A stretch of DNA of 64,000 nt from an uncultured Bacteroidales bacterium (lineage in GTDB: Bacteria; Bacteroidota; Bacteroidia; Bacteroidales; UBA4417), in NCBI GenBank assembly GCA_903864265.1, contig CAIPFN010000157.1, forward strand, positions 687-64,686, written 5' to 3'. A program made the translations under genes and the position numbers. The notes under the pieces were generated by a model, which ran no database searches, had not been told where the DNA came from, and saw only the letters and a program-made list of their open reading frames with translations. Shown in pieces: positions 45,323 to 55,083 of the stretch. Numbering within the stretch: position 1 is the first letter of the stretch; each line of letters starts with the position of its first letter.

Positions 45323-46588
45323 TTACCTGATTTTAAGGGTGATGATCGAAATCAGCGCCAGGGCAATACCAATAATCAGGAACCTCATCACGATCTTCGG
45401 TTCCGGGTATCCTTTTTTCTGGTAGTGATGATGCAGAGGAGCCATCAGGAAAACCCGTTTGCCTTCACCTGTCATTTTGCGGGTATATTTGAAATAGGTT
45501 ACCTGTATGACTACCGATAGGTTTTCGGCGATAAAAATGCCGCATAGTATTGGGATAAGCAATTCCTTGCGGATCATTATGGCAAGTGCTGCGATAATGC
45601 CTCCTAAAGCAAGACTGCCTGTGTCGCCCATAAATACCTGGGCCGGATAAGAGTTGTACCAGAGAAACCCTACGCACGCCCCTACAAGCGCACTGATGAA
45701 AACCACCAGTTCACCTGTATTGGGGATATACATGATGTTGAGATAATCAGCAAATACAATGTTGCCGCTCACCCAGGCAAGTAAGCCCAGTGTAATGGCA
45801 ATTACCGCGGAGGTCCCTGTGGCCAGCCCATCCATGCCATCAGTCAGGTTGGCGCCGTTGGATATAGCTGTGATGATGAATATTACCATGGGAATAAAGA
45901 TCAGCCATGCCAGTTTTCTATAGTCATCCCCTGTCCATTTTAGGAGAACGGCATAGTCGAATTCATTGTTTTTAAAGAAGGGAATGGTGGTCTTGGTTGA
46001 TTTTTCCGGGTTAGATTTAAATTTTTTGTTGTGATCTTTTATCTGTTCAAAGGCAGTCAGTGAACCGGGTTTCACCACGGTTACCGATGTCTTTCGTTCG
46101 GGCATACGTTCGCGGATAACCACTCCCTGGTTGAAATATAATACGGATCCTACCACTAAGCCTGCTACTATCTGCCCTATTATTTTAAACCTGCCGGCCA
46201 GGCCTTCCTTGTTTTTTTTGAAGACTTTAATATAATCATCCAGAAAGCCAATGAGTCCGAGCCAAACGGTAACAAAGAGCATTAATAGGATATAGATATT
46301 CAGGATTTTTGCAAAAAGCAGGGTCGGCAGGAGTACAGCGCCCAGTATAATAAGGCCGCCCATAGTAGGGGTGCCGGTTTTAGCCATCTGGCCTTCGAGG
46401 CCGAGCTCGCGTACTGTTTCCCCTATTTGTTTGGCGCGCAGGTAGTTGATAATCCTCTTGCCATAGATCAGGGCAAAAAAGAGTGAAAATATCGTTGCCA
46501 TGGCAGCCCGAAACGAAATGAACTGAAACATTCCTGCTCCGGGTACATCGTACGCTTTATCCAGAAATGTAAAAAGATAATACAGCAT
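45323..46588 (-). CDS. mraY: phospho-N-acetylmuramoyl-pentapeptide transferase
   Basis: Polytopic protein with [17 protein letters not shown] and [11 protein letters not shown] motifs. Confidence 0.95.
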   Translation of the reverse strand: MLYYLFTFLDKAYDVPGAGMFQFISFRAAMATIFSLFFALIYGKRIINYLRAKQIGETVRELGLEGQMAKTGTPTMGGLIILGAVLLPTLLFAKILNIYILLMLFVTVWLGLIGFLDDYIKVFKKNKEGLAGRFKIIGQIVAGLVVGSVLYFNQGVVIRERMPERKTSVTVVKPGSLTAFEQIKDHNKKFKSNPEKSTKTTIPFFKNNEFDYAVLLKWTGDDYRKLAWLIFIPMVIFIITAISNGANLTDGMDGLATGTSAVIAITLGLLAWVSGNIVFADYLNIMYIPNTGELVVFISALVGACVGFLWYNSYPAQVFMGDTGSLALGGIIAALAIMIRKELLIPILCGIFIAENLSVVIQVTYFKYTRKMTGEGKRVFLMAPLHHHYQKKGYPEPKIVMRFLIIGIALALISIITLKIR

Positions 46589-46627
46589 AGGGCCTGTTTT
46601 GTGAGGTATAATTAGTTTTGAATCCGC

Positions 46628-48079
46628 TTACAATAAGTATTTCTTCAGTATTTCCTTGTCATCAAAAGGATGTTTAACCCCCTTGATTTCCTGGTATTTT
46701 TCGTGTCCTTTTCCCGCAACCAGTATCACATCATTGTCACGGGTCATGGCACAGGCTATTCGAATGGCATCGTGCCTGTCGGTAATATTCTGTACATTGC
46801 GGGCATATTCTTTTTCCACACCTGCCTGCATTTCGGCGATTATTTGTTCGGCAGTTTCACTGCGGGGATTGTCGGAAGTGAGGATAACCCTGTCGCTGAG
46901 TCTTGCAGCTATGCGTGCCATGATGGGGCGCTTGGTCTTGTCGCGATCGCCACCGCAGCCTACTACAGTTATAAGCATTTGTTTTTCAGTGCGTAGCTGG
47001 TTGATCGTTTCCAAAACATTCTGCAAGGCATCAGGAGTGTGAGCGTAATCAACGATCCCGATAATTCCCTGTGACGATTTGATATAATCGAAGCGGCCTT
47101 CGATGCTTTCGAGCTTGCTTAATATTGTGAGTACTTCTATAGTGTCCTGCTCAAGTAAAACACTGGCAGCATACACGGCCAGCAGGTTATACCCGATAAA
47201 GCGGCCAACCAGGCGGCACCAGATTTCGTTGCCGTCAAAGTCAAGGTGCAAGCCATCGAGCGGGGCTTCAATGATGCGGCCTTTGAAGTCGGCCATTTTC
47301 TGAAGGCTATAGCTGTGGCGTGAGGCTTTTGAATTCTGAAGCATCACCAGGCCGTTCCGGTCGTCAATATTGGTTAAGGCAAATGCTGTCGACGGCAATT
47401 CGTCAAAGAAATGCTTTTTGGCTTTGAGGTATTCGTCAAATGTCTTATGGAAATCGAGATGATCGTGGGTTATATTTGAAAAAATTCCCCCGGCAAAGGT
47501 CAGGCCTGCAATGCGGTTCTGAGCCACTGCATGCGAGCTTACTTCCATAAAACAATAACTGCATCCTTTTTCAACCATATGATTAAGCAGCTGGTTGAGG
47601 CTGTAGGAATCCGGTGTAGTATGCGTGGATGGAATAATTTCATCATCAACCCGGTTCAGAATAGTCGAGAGTAAACCGGTATGATACCCCAATTCCCTGA
47701 AAAGATTAAATAACAGGGTGACCGTGGTGGTTTTTCCATTAGTGCCGGTAATTCCGACCAGTTTAAGCTTTTTGGATGGATTGTCGAACCAGTTGGACGC
47801 CACCACACCCGAAGCATAACTGCTGTCGCTCACCTGTATATAGGTAATCGTATCGTTGGTGGTATCGGGAAGGTTTTCGCAAATGACGGCGACAGCACCT
47901 TGTGCAATTACCTGGTCTATAAAGCTGTGCCCGTCGACCCTTGTTCCTTTGATGGCGAAAAACAAACTGCCGGCATGTGCTTCGCGTGAATCAAAGCAAA
48001 TGCTACTGATGTTAATATCAGCAGCACCTTTAATGTGCTTGATTTTCACTTGGCGGAGTAAATCATTGAGGGCTTTCAT
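46628..48079 (-). CDS. murE: UDP-N-acetylmuramoyl-L-alanyl-D-glutamate--2,6-diaminopimelate ligase
   Basis: GITGTNGKTTT P-loop and the TSDNPRSE (DNPR) motif that marks mDAP-adding MurE. dcw context. Confidence 0.94.
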   Translation of the reverse strand: MKALNDLLRQVKIKHIKGAADINISSICFDSREAHAGSLFFAIKGTRVDGHSFIDQVIAQGAVAVICENLPDTTNDTITYIQVSDSSYASGVVASNWFDNPSKKLKLVGITGTNGKTTTVTLLFNLFRELGYHTGLLSTILNRVDDEIIPSTHTTPDSYSLNQLLNHMVEKGCSYCFMEVSSHAVAQNRIAGLTFAGGIFSNITHDHLDFHKTFDEYLKAKKHFFDELPSTAFALTNIDDRNGLVMLQNSKASRHSYSLQKMADFKGRIIEAPLDGLHLDFDGNEIWCRLVGRFIGYNLLAVYAASVLLEQDTIEVLTILSKLESIEGRFDYIKSSQGIIGIVDYAHTPDALQNVLETINQLRTEKQMLITVVGCGGDRDKTKRPIMARIAARLSDRVILTSDNPRSETAEQIIAEMQAGVEKEYARNVQNITDRHDAIRIACAMTRDNDVILVAGKGHEKYQEIKGVKHPFDDKEILKKYLL

Positions 48080-48111
48080 GCAGGGTTCAGTTAGTGGCTT
48101 GTTTACGATTC

Positions 48112-50217
48112 TTATTTTGTTTTTATTCCCAGGCTTAGAAGTATGGGTGAGCCGGGCGGTATTTTACTTCCTGCTGAAAGCGATTGTTGAGTAACAACCC
48201 CAACCCCGTTGATCTGAACTCTTAGCCCGAGTTTTTCGAGCCTGAAAACGGCATCGCTAACGCCCATCCCAATTACGCTGGGAATAGTTTGTTCGCCATA
48301 CGCTACCGAGGCAAAACGGGATCCCGAGCTATCGGTAACCTGGGTTATCCATTCTTCGGTAGTAGGTTTTAATGTGGAATAGCCCAGCCACTGGGTCAGG
48401 TATCGTATATCCCGGGTATTGCCTGCCAGCAAAGGGTTGCTGCGTATGGAATGCGTGGTATCGACCCAGTTCATTCCTACTTCAGGATCAGTAGCGTAAA
48501 TACGGTCGGCAATTTCGCGGAATACCGGTGCGGCTATCGCGGCACCGTAATAGCCTCCCTGGGTTGGATTGTTTATTACCACAATACAGGCATACTTGGG
48601 ATTGTCGGCGGGGAAGTAGCCCACGAAAGATCCTTTATAGTTAGTTTTATTATAACCGCCTCCATTTTGAGCAACCTGGGCCGTGCCTGTTTTGCCAGCG
48701 ACTTTGTAAATAGGGTTTTTTAGCGAAGAGCCCGTGCCATGATCAACAACTGCTTCGAGCATGGTCTTAGCCATGGCAATGGCTTCTTTCGACGCGATCC
48801 GGGGGTTAATTATCTGGGTTTTAAATTCGGTAACCGGTAAACCTGCCTTACGCACTTCCTTAACAAAATGAGGCTTAACCATCACTCCATCATTGGCGAC
48901 CGCATTGTAAAAGGTCAGGATCTGCAAAGGGGTAAGTGCAACTTCATATCCGATCGACATCCAGGGTAAGGATGAATTGGACCATAACCCATCTTTGGTA
49001 CCCAGGATCTGAGGACGGCCTTCACCTTTTATTTCGAGGCCGAGTTTTTTGTTGACACTGAAGCTGTGTAACCTGTCGACAAAGGCCTGTGGATTGGAAG
49101 CGTAAGCCCGGTAAATTACTTTTGAAATCCCAACATTCGATGATTTTTCGAATGCCTGCTGTACCGTCATCACCCCACCTCCCATATGCGAATCTTTCAT
49201 GGTACGGCTGCCGAATCGGGTAACGCCCCCGGTTACATCCACAATATCATTGAGTTTGACTTTCCCGTCTTCAAAAGCAGCCAGTAAGGAGTAGAGTTTG
49301 AACGTTGAGCCCGGTTCGGTGCTTTCACCTATGGCATAGTTGTATAATTCTTCGTACGATCCTTCCCTGGTGCGGCCCAGGTTGGCAATGGCTCTTATTT
49401 CGCCGGTTTTCACTTCCATTAAAATGGCACAGCCATGATCAGCCTGGTTGATCACCAACTGCTTGTACAGAGCTTCTTCGGCAACATCCTGTATATTGAT
49501 GTCGATGGTTGTCAGTATGTCGGCGCCGTTAACCGGATCTATTTCATTGTTGTGGTTCATAGGCCGCCAGTTGCCGTCGGGTATACGCTGATAGAGCCTT
49601 TTGCCCGCCATGCCCTGCATTTCGCTGTTAAAAGCACTTTCGATACCTACATTATTTGAATTGCCATCCTTGAACCATCCTAAGGTGCGGTAACCCAGGT
49701 GGCTGAACGGATAAACTCTCTTGTTCTGAACCGTGGTTATTAACCCGCCGCTGTTTTTCCCCAGCCTGAAAATAGGGAATGTCCTGAGCGTTTTAAGCTG
49801 GTCGAAAGTAGCTTTACGTTTAATCAGCAGGTACCGGTTTTTGCTGTTTCGTCCCTTAACCAGTAAGGATTTGTAAGCCAGCCTGGACTGGTCCTTAAAA
49901 TAAGAGGAAAGATACGTGGACAAAGAGTCGACATCGCTGTCAAATGTGCTGTCAGCAATTAGAGGCGAAGCTGCATCCATCCTTACTTCGAAAAGGGGAA
50001 CTGAGGTGGCAAGCATTTCGCCGTTCACGTCATAAATATTGCCCCTGTTTGGCTCAATAGTGAAATATTTAAGGGAGAGTTTTTCTGCTTTAGCCTTCCA
50101 CATTTCGCCCTCTACCAATTGGATATACAGGATCTTACCGATAATAGCCAGGCTTATGACAAACATAAAGCCATAAACCAGGTACACTCGGGTAAGTATT
50201 GATTTCCTTGAATCCAT
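48112..50217 (-). CDS. ftsI: class B penicillin-binding protein (FtsI/PBP3-like) with C-terminal PASTA-like domain
   Basis: Transpeptidase motifs STFK, SSN and KTGT. N-terminal TM anchor. The C-terminal ~65 aa (..IPSVIGMGVSDAVFRLEKLGLRVQINGVGVVTQQS..) resemble a PASTA domain. Confidence 0.92.
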   Translation of the reverse strand: MDSRKSILTRVYLVYGFMFVISLAIIGKILYIQLVEGEMWKAKAEKLSLKYFTIEPNRGNIYDVNGEMLATSVPLFEVRMDAASPLIADSTFDSDVDSLSTYLSSYFKDQSRLAYKSLLVKGRNSKNRYLLIKRKATFDQLKTLRTFPIFRLGKNSGGLITTVQNKRVYPFSHLGYRTLGWFKDGNSNNVGIESAFNSEMQGMAGKRLYQRIPDGNWRPMNHNNEIDPVNGADILTTIDINIQDVAEEALYKQLVINQADHGCAILMEVKTGEIRAIANLGRTREGSYEELYNYAIGESTEPGSTFKLYSLLAAFEDGKVKLNDIVDVTGGVTRFGSRTMKDSHMGGGVMTVQQAFEKSSNVGISKVIYRAYASNPQAFVDRLHSFSVNKKLGLEIKGEGRPQILGTKDGLWSNSSLPWMSIGYEVALTPLQILTFYNAVANDGVMVKPHFVKEVRKAGLPVTEFKTQIINPRIASKEAIAMAKTMLEAVVDHGTGSSLKNPIYKVAGKTGTAQVAQNGGGYNKTNYKGSFVGYFPADNPKYACIVVINNPTQGGYYGAAIAAPVFREIADRIYATDPEVGMNWVDTTHSIRSNPLLAGNTRDIRYLTQWLGYSTLKPTTEEWITQVTDSSGSRFASVAYGEQTIPSVIGMGVSDAVFRLEKLGLRVQINGVGVVTQQSLSAGSKIPPGSPILLSLGIKTK

Positions 50218-50243
50218 TTTTTAATCTATCTTCTGTTGGGTTA

Positions 50244-50654
50244 TCAGTTTGCCTGTTCAATAAGTATTTTGCGGGGAGGGGTTTTGGATTCCTTCAATCC
50301 GCTGTTTTGCAGTCTTTTGGCTATCTCGGTTTGCCGGGTGGTTTGCATTAGTTTCGACTTGGTATTGATATATTCAAAACGCTGTTCCTCAATCTGTTTT
50401 TTTGTTTTACTGATGCTGATAATGGTGCGGTTGGCATAATTCGAATTGAAAATGTAGAGCAGCCCAATACCCGTTAGAAAGATAAGGAAGGGCAACAGCC
50501 TGATAACTTTGTCGCGAACCAGGAATGACCCTTCCAATATGCTTTTTACCTTTCCCCCGACCTGGCTTTTTTTGGCTTTCGGTTGTTTGGCAGGTTTTGG
50601 GCTGGCAGCCGGTTTTTCGGGTTCTGCGTTTATCGTATTGCGGATTTCGTTCAT
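50244..50654 (-). CDS. FtsL-like cell division protein (Bacteroidota type)
   Basis: Basic Pro/Lys-rich N-terminus, a single TM helix (LLPFLIFLTGIGLLYIF), then a coiled-coil-like tail. It has the conserved slot between rsmH and ftsI. It overlaps rsmH by 4 nt. Confidence 0.7.
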   Translation of the reverse strand: MNEIRNTINAEPEKPAASPKPAKQPKAKKSQVGGKVKSILEGSFLVRDKVIRLLPFLIFLTGIGLLYIFNSNYANRTIISISKTKKQIEEQRFEYINTKSKLMQTTRQTEIAKRLQNSGLKESKTPPRKILIEQAN

Positions 50655-51550
50655 ACCCCGGGTTTTTGAGCGACGCGCAACTTTGCACTTCTGGATCGGG
50701 GATTCATTTTCAGTTCGGCCTCCGCCGGAGTAATGGGTTTGCGTGTTACAGGCTTCAAGGTTGAAATGATATTGCCATAAAAATCCTTTTCCTGGACGCC
50801 TTCAAAATTGCCGGTTTTCATGTAGTTCTTCACCAGCCTGTCTTCGAGGGAGTGATACGAGATTACAACCAGCCGGCCCCCTGGTTTTAACACATCCGCA
50901 CATTGTTTCAGCATGGCTTGTAACGCTCCCATTTCATCGTTGATCTCGATGCGGATAGCCTGAAATACCTGGGCCAGGTATTTGTTTTCGTAATTGGAAG
51001 GCATACAGGATTTTATGGCTGCAATCAACTCGGTTGTGGTGGTAATTGGACTGGTTCGGGCCTGGGCAATAACCGAAGCCAGCTGCCGGGCATTCGATAT
51101 TTCACCGAAGAGTTTAAATACCGTCCTGAGCTTTTCCTCGGGATAGGTATTTATGAGTTGTGCCGCGGTAATACCCTGGCTGCGAGCCATACGCATGTCG
51201 AGAGGACCTTCGAAACGGGTTGCAAAACCCCGGCCCGGCGTATCAATCTGGTGAGAGGAAATGCCCAGGTCGGCAAGTATACCATCAAGAGGCAGTGCCT
51301 TATGCAGGCGAAGGAAGTTTTTTAAATACCTGAAATTTTCATTTACCAGGGTGAAACGATCATCTTCCAATGCATTCTGCAGGGCATCTTCATCCTGGTC
51401 AAAAGCAATCAGCCGCCCTTGGGTGTTCAGTTTCGCTAATATCTCACGCGAATGACCGCCGCCACCGAACGTAAGATCAGCATAAATCCCTGACGGATTG
51501 ATGCTGAGGCCTTCAATACATTCGTGCAATAGTGCTGGTTGATGGTACAT
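50651..51550 (-). CDS. rsmH: 16S rRNA (cytosine1402-N4)-methyltransferase
   Basis: HQPALLHECIEGL...DLTFGGGGHSREIL and ..DLGISSHQID.. motifs. It follows mraZ. Confidence 0.95.
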   Translation of the reverse strand: MYHQPALLHECIEGLSINPSGIYADLTFGGGGHSREILAKLNTQGRLIAFDQDEDALQNALEDDRFTLVNENFRYLKNFLRLHKALPLDGILADLGISSHQIDTPGRGFATRFEGPLDMRMARSQGITAAQLINTYPEEKLRTVFKLFGEISNARQLASVIAQARTSPITTTTELIAAIKSCMPSNYENKYLAQVFQAIRIEINDEMGALQAMLKQCADVLKPGGRLVVISYHSLEDRLVKNYMKTGNFEGVQEKDFYGNIISTLKPVTRKPITPAEAELKMNPRSRSAKLRVAQKPGV

Positions 51551-51557
51551 CCGGGTT

Positions 51558-52022
51558 TCATTCGTTGAGGTTAATATTTCCTAAGATTTCCTCGGCCAGG
51601 TCAGGGAAATTAGTCTGGGTTTCGCTTACGGCCTGATCGTACTTCGCTTTATCCCATATTTCAATACAATCCATTTTTGCCGTAACTACGATATCTCCGG
51701 TAATTTCGGCAAAAACAGCCAGGTCCCTGGGGATCAGTAACCTGCCGGTACCATCTATTTCCAACTCTTTTAATCCCGCATTATACGCCCGGATAAAATC
51801 ATTGTGCTTTTTATTGAACCTGTTCATCTTGCTCATGATCTTCAGGTACAACTCGTCCCAGTTCGACCTGGGATATAGCTCGAGACAAGGACTGAAAATG
51901 CTGCGCTTTACGACAAACCCCTCATTCAGAGAAGCGTTTACCTGGGTCTTTAACGCCACAGGAAGCATAAATCTTCCTTTAGCATCAACCCGGCAAATGT
52001 GCTCTCCTTGTAAGGGAATCAT
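51558..52022 (-). CDS. mraZ: transcriptional regulator MraZ
   Basis: It has the duplicated SpoVT/AbrB-like MraZ motifs VDAKGRFMLP and IDGTGRLLIP. It is the first gene of the dcw cluster. Confidence 0.95.
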   Translation of the reverse strand: MIPLQGEHICRVDAKGRFMLPVALKTQVNASLNEGFVVKRSIFSPCLELYPRSNWDELYLKIMSKMNRFNKKHNDFIRAYNAGLKELEIDGTGRLLIPRDLAVFAEITGDIVVTAKMDCIEIWDKAKYDQAVSETQTNFPDLAEEILGNINLNE

Positions 52023-52059
52023 GGCTATTATTATTTTGGTGTAAATTTACAGCTGATTT

Positions 52060-52090
52060 CCCACTTTTAACCACTTTTTACCACATTTTT
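52060..52090 (-). promoter_or_regulatory. three direct GTGG(T/G) repeats at exact 10-bp spacing: candidate MraZ operator / dcw promoter region
   Basis: In the minus sense the region reads TGTGGTAAAA AGTGGTTAAA AGTGGGAAAT (plus-strand CCAC at 52061, 52071, 52081). The repeats are 39-62 nt upstream of the mraZ ATG. A TAAATTTA near-match to the -7 box lies at 52042-52049. Confidence 0.55.
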
Positions 52091-52294
52091 TTATTAACAA
52101 TACACAGAAAGCCTATTAATAAAGGATTTCAGAGAAAATTCGGTCTGAAAGAACTGGTAATGCTATAAAGTTTAAAAATATTTCAATAAACACAGGGCTT
52201 TGAAGTACTTTACCCTTTACCGCTATACAGAATATTGGGGAGGAGAATATTCCACATCTGCCGATTATTCGTTAATTTTGCAATAAGCAATATA

Positions 52295-53188
52295 ATGGAG
52301 TATTGTTTTCAGCTTAATTATAGTATGGGAGATCAGCCTGTTAGTAGTCAAAAACGCGAATATTTTCTCGATCTGGACCGTGTGATTGCAAACAAGAACC
52401 CGGGCTTGCTCAAAATTTTACCGCGATTTGTACTGAATTACCTGAAAAAGGTCATTCACCAGGATGAACTGAATGAGATCATCCGTACCAATCATGATGT
52501 GTTGGACCTGGATTTTCTGGATGCCTGCCTCAAAGGGTTTGGTGTGAAGATCAGTTACCGGGGGCTCGAAAATATTCCGGCAGCGGGTCGTTGGATTATT
52601 GCTTCCAATCACCCGCTGGGGGGACTGGATGGGATGGCGCTAATGTGGGTGGCCGGAAAGGTGAGGAAGGATATAGTGTTTCCGGTAAATGACCTGCTGA
52701 TGAACATCCCCAACCTGAAAGGTCTTTTTATCCCGGTGAACAAGCATGGTTCCAACGCCGGGAATGCCAAAATAATTGACGACACCTTTGCATCGGATAA
52801 AGCAATGCTGTATTTTCCGGCCGGGTTATGTTCGCGCATGCAAAAGGGCGGCATCAGTGACCTGGAATGGAAAAAAAGTTTTATAAGCAAAGCCAGGGCC
52901 CACAAGCGGGATGTTATACCATGTTACATCAACGGGCGGAATTCCGGCTGGTTTTATAATCTGGCCCGTTTCCGTGCATTTCTGGGAATCAAGGCAAATA
53001 TTGAAATGCTTTACCTGGTGGATGAAATGTTCAAACAACGGGATAAAGAAATTGTGATTACTTTTGGTAAACCAATTTCTTATACTATCTTTGATAAAAA
53101 GAAAACAGATTTAGCCTGGGCACAAAAGCTGAAAAGCTATGTGTATACCTTAGAAAAGAATATGAACACCTCATTTTTTGCTGAATAA
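52295..53188 (+). CDS. PlsC-type lysolipid O-acyltransferase (OlsA/GlsA-like)
   Basis: The acyltransferase block is IASNHPLGGLDGMAL and the second block is YFPAGLCSR. The ORF-track start 52235 is a TTG. ATG 52295 (or 52325) is more likely. Confidence 0.7.
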   Translation: MEYCFQLNYSMGDQPVSSQKREYFLDLDRVIANKNPGLLKILPRFVLNYLKKVIHQDELNEIIRTNHDVLDLDFLDACLKGFGVKISYRGLENIPAAGRWIIASNHPLGGLDGMALMWVAGKVRKDIVFPVNDLLMNIPNLKGLFIPVNKHGSNAGNAKIIDDTFASDKAMLYFPAGLCSRMQKGGISDLEWKKSFISKARAHKRDVIPCYINGRNSGWFYNLARFRAFLGIKANIEMLYLVDEMFKQRDKEIVITFGKPISYTIFDKKKTDLAWAQKLKSYVYTLEKNMNTSFFAE

Positions 53189-53202
53189 ATACCTTGAATT
53201 CG

Positions 53203-54126
53203 ATGCAGGAGATAATTGACGCAGTCGACAGAACATTACTGGAGTTGGAGCTTACTCCCGAAAGATTTGTGAAGCCCACAAACAGCGGGAATAATGAGAT
53301 ATACATTGTATCGTATCATAATGCGCCCCATGTAACCCGGGAAATTGGCCGCCTGCGTGAAATTACCTTTCGCGATGCCGGTGGTGGTACTGGCCTGGAT
53401 TGCGACCTGGATGAGTTTGATACGGACGAGGAAAATCCGTTTCATCAGTTGCTGGTCTGGGATCCGCGGGAGAAAGAAATAGTAGGAGGTTATCGGTTTA
53501 TTCATGGGAAAACCCTAAGGCGCAATAAGGACGGTATTATCAACACCCCAACCAGTGAGCTTTTTCATTTGTCGGAACGGTTTATCAATGAGTATCTGCC
53601 CCACACTATCGAACTGGGTCGTTCGTTTGTACAGCCTATGTACCAGCCTACGGTTAACCTGCGTAAAGGAATGTTTGCGCTTGATAATATATGGAATGGA
53701 CTGGGTGCCATATTAATGCAGAACCCTGATGTAAAGTATTATTTTGGGAAGATCACCATGTATCCGCAATATAATGTGGAAGCCCGCGACCTGATCCTTT
53801 ACTTTCTTCGGAAATACTTCGGGGATCAGAACAATCTGGTGTATCCTCATCAGCATCTCAAAATCAACACTCCTGAATCATTCCTGTCGGGGGCATTTAA
53901 TGCCGGCTCCTACGAGAAGGACTATAAAATCCTCGTTCAGGAAGTACGCCTCAGGCATGAAAATATCCCTCCTTTAGTTAACGCATATATGAATTTATCG
54001 TCAACCATGCTTTTCTTTGGTACCTCGCTGAATCCGGGATTCGGAGACGTAGAAGAGTCGGGTATACTGGTAACCCTGGATGATGTTTACGACTTTAAAA
54101 AGGACCGGCATTTAAACATCTCTTAG
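53203..54126 (+). CDS. GNAT-fold amino-acid N-acyltransferase (OlsB/GlsB-like, hemolysin-like family)
   Basis: ..IGRLREITFRDAGGGTGLDCDLDEFD..HQLLVWDPREKEIVGGYRF.. fits the N-acyl amino acid synthase family as I recall it. ATG 53203 is preferred over TTG 53194. It lies 14 nt after the O-acyltransferase. Confidence 0.65.
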   Translation: MQEIIDAVDRTLLELELTPERFVKPTNSGNNEIYIVSYHNAPHVTREIGRLREITFRDAGGGTGLDCDLDEFDTDEENPFHQLLVWDPREKEIVGGYRFIHGKTLRRNKDGIINTPTSELFHLSERFINEYLPHTIELGRSFVQPMYQPTVNLRKGMFALDNIWNGLGAILMQNPDVKYYFGKITMYPQYNVEARDLILYFLRKYFGDQNNLVYPHQHLKINTPESFLSGAFNAGSYEKDYKILVQEVRLRHENIPPLVNAYMNLSSTMLFFGTSLNPGFGDVEESGILVTLDDVYDFKKDRHLNIS

Positions 54127-54320
54127 AAGACTATACTCGCAGGGATTCTTAAACTGATTTGTCCGAAAGCGGTGGGGTAGCAGGACTGGCCCATTCAGGC
54201 TTTTGCGATTCTGACGCTTGTTTAATCTTTTATGTATCGAAGGTTTTGCTGTTTCTGCTGTCCCTTTGGGCTTTCGATTCAGGAACTTTTCAAAAAAAAA
54301 TAATAAACAATTAAACCGAT

Positions 54321-54941
54321 ATGAATAACCGTAGGGCCGCTTTTATGATAAGCGCCGCCGATATAACAGGCTGTCCCCAGGCCCGCTTACCTGAATATGC
54401 ATTTTTCGGGCGATCCAATGTGGGTAAGTCGTCACTGATTAACATGATCACCGGGGTTAAAAACCTGGCGCGCACCTCCTCAACTCCGGGCAAAACACAG
54501 CTGCTGAATTATTATATGGTGGATGAAGATACCTGGTACCTGGTTGACCTCCCCGGTTACGGGTATGCCAAAGTCTCTAAAAAATCGCGCCGGAACTGGG
54601 AAAAGATCATACGCGAATACCTTTTGCAGCGCGAATCCCTGGTTTATACCCTTATCCTGGTCGATACCCGCCATGAAGCTCAGAAGAGTGACCTGGAACT
54701 TATCAACTGGATGGGAGAACAAGGATTGCCTTTCGGACTGGTTTTCACAAAAGCCGATAAAATTTCGCGTAATGCCGTTAAGCGTAACGTGGAAGAATAT
54801 AAGAAGGTGCTTTCCGAAAAATGGGAGGAACTGCCACCTATGTTTATCACCTCGGCCCATTCGGGTGAAGGGAAGAGCGAAATCAATAGTTTTATTGCTC
54901 TCTCCAATATTGAGTATGCCTCACTGACTGACCAGAAATAA
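54321..54941 (+). CDS. engB: ribosome biogenesis GTPase YihA/EngB
   Basis: G1 GRSNVGKSSLIN, G3 DLPGYG, G4 TKADK. Confidence 0.93.
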   Translation: MNNRRAAFMISAADITGCPQARLPEYAFFGRSNVGKSSLINMITGVKNLARTSSTPGKTQLLNYYMVDEDTWYLVDLPGYGYAKVSKKSRRNWEKIIREYLLQRESLVYTLILVDTRHEAQKSDLELINWMGEQGLPFGLVFTKADKISRNAVKRNVEEYKKVLSEKWEELPPMFITSAHSGEGKSEINSFIALSNIEYASLTDQK

Positions 54942-54983
54942 TAGTTTATTCCGGATTCTGTTCTTTTTCGCTATAAAAGCAAA

Positions 54984-55031
54984 AACGTTTAAAACGTATC
55001 CCGGTGAATCCGCGAATCCGTTTTAAACGTT
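54984..55031. terminator. 13-bp perfect inverted repeat between convergent engB and the biotin-carrier gene
   Basis: AACGTTTAAAACG (54984-54996) pairs with CGTTTTAAACGTT (55019-55031). The 22-nt loop contains a GAATCCG direct duplication. The stem is AT-rich and lacks a clear U tract. Confidence 0.4.
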
Positions 55032-55083
55032 CTGCAAGCATCGGTAATGCAGGCATAGCAATGCCTCCTTCCCTGTTCAGCCT

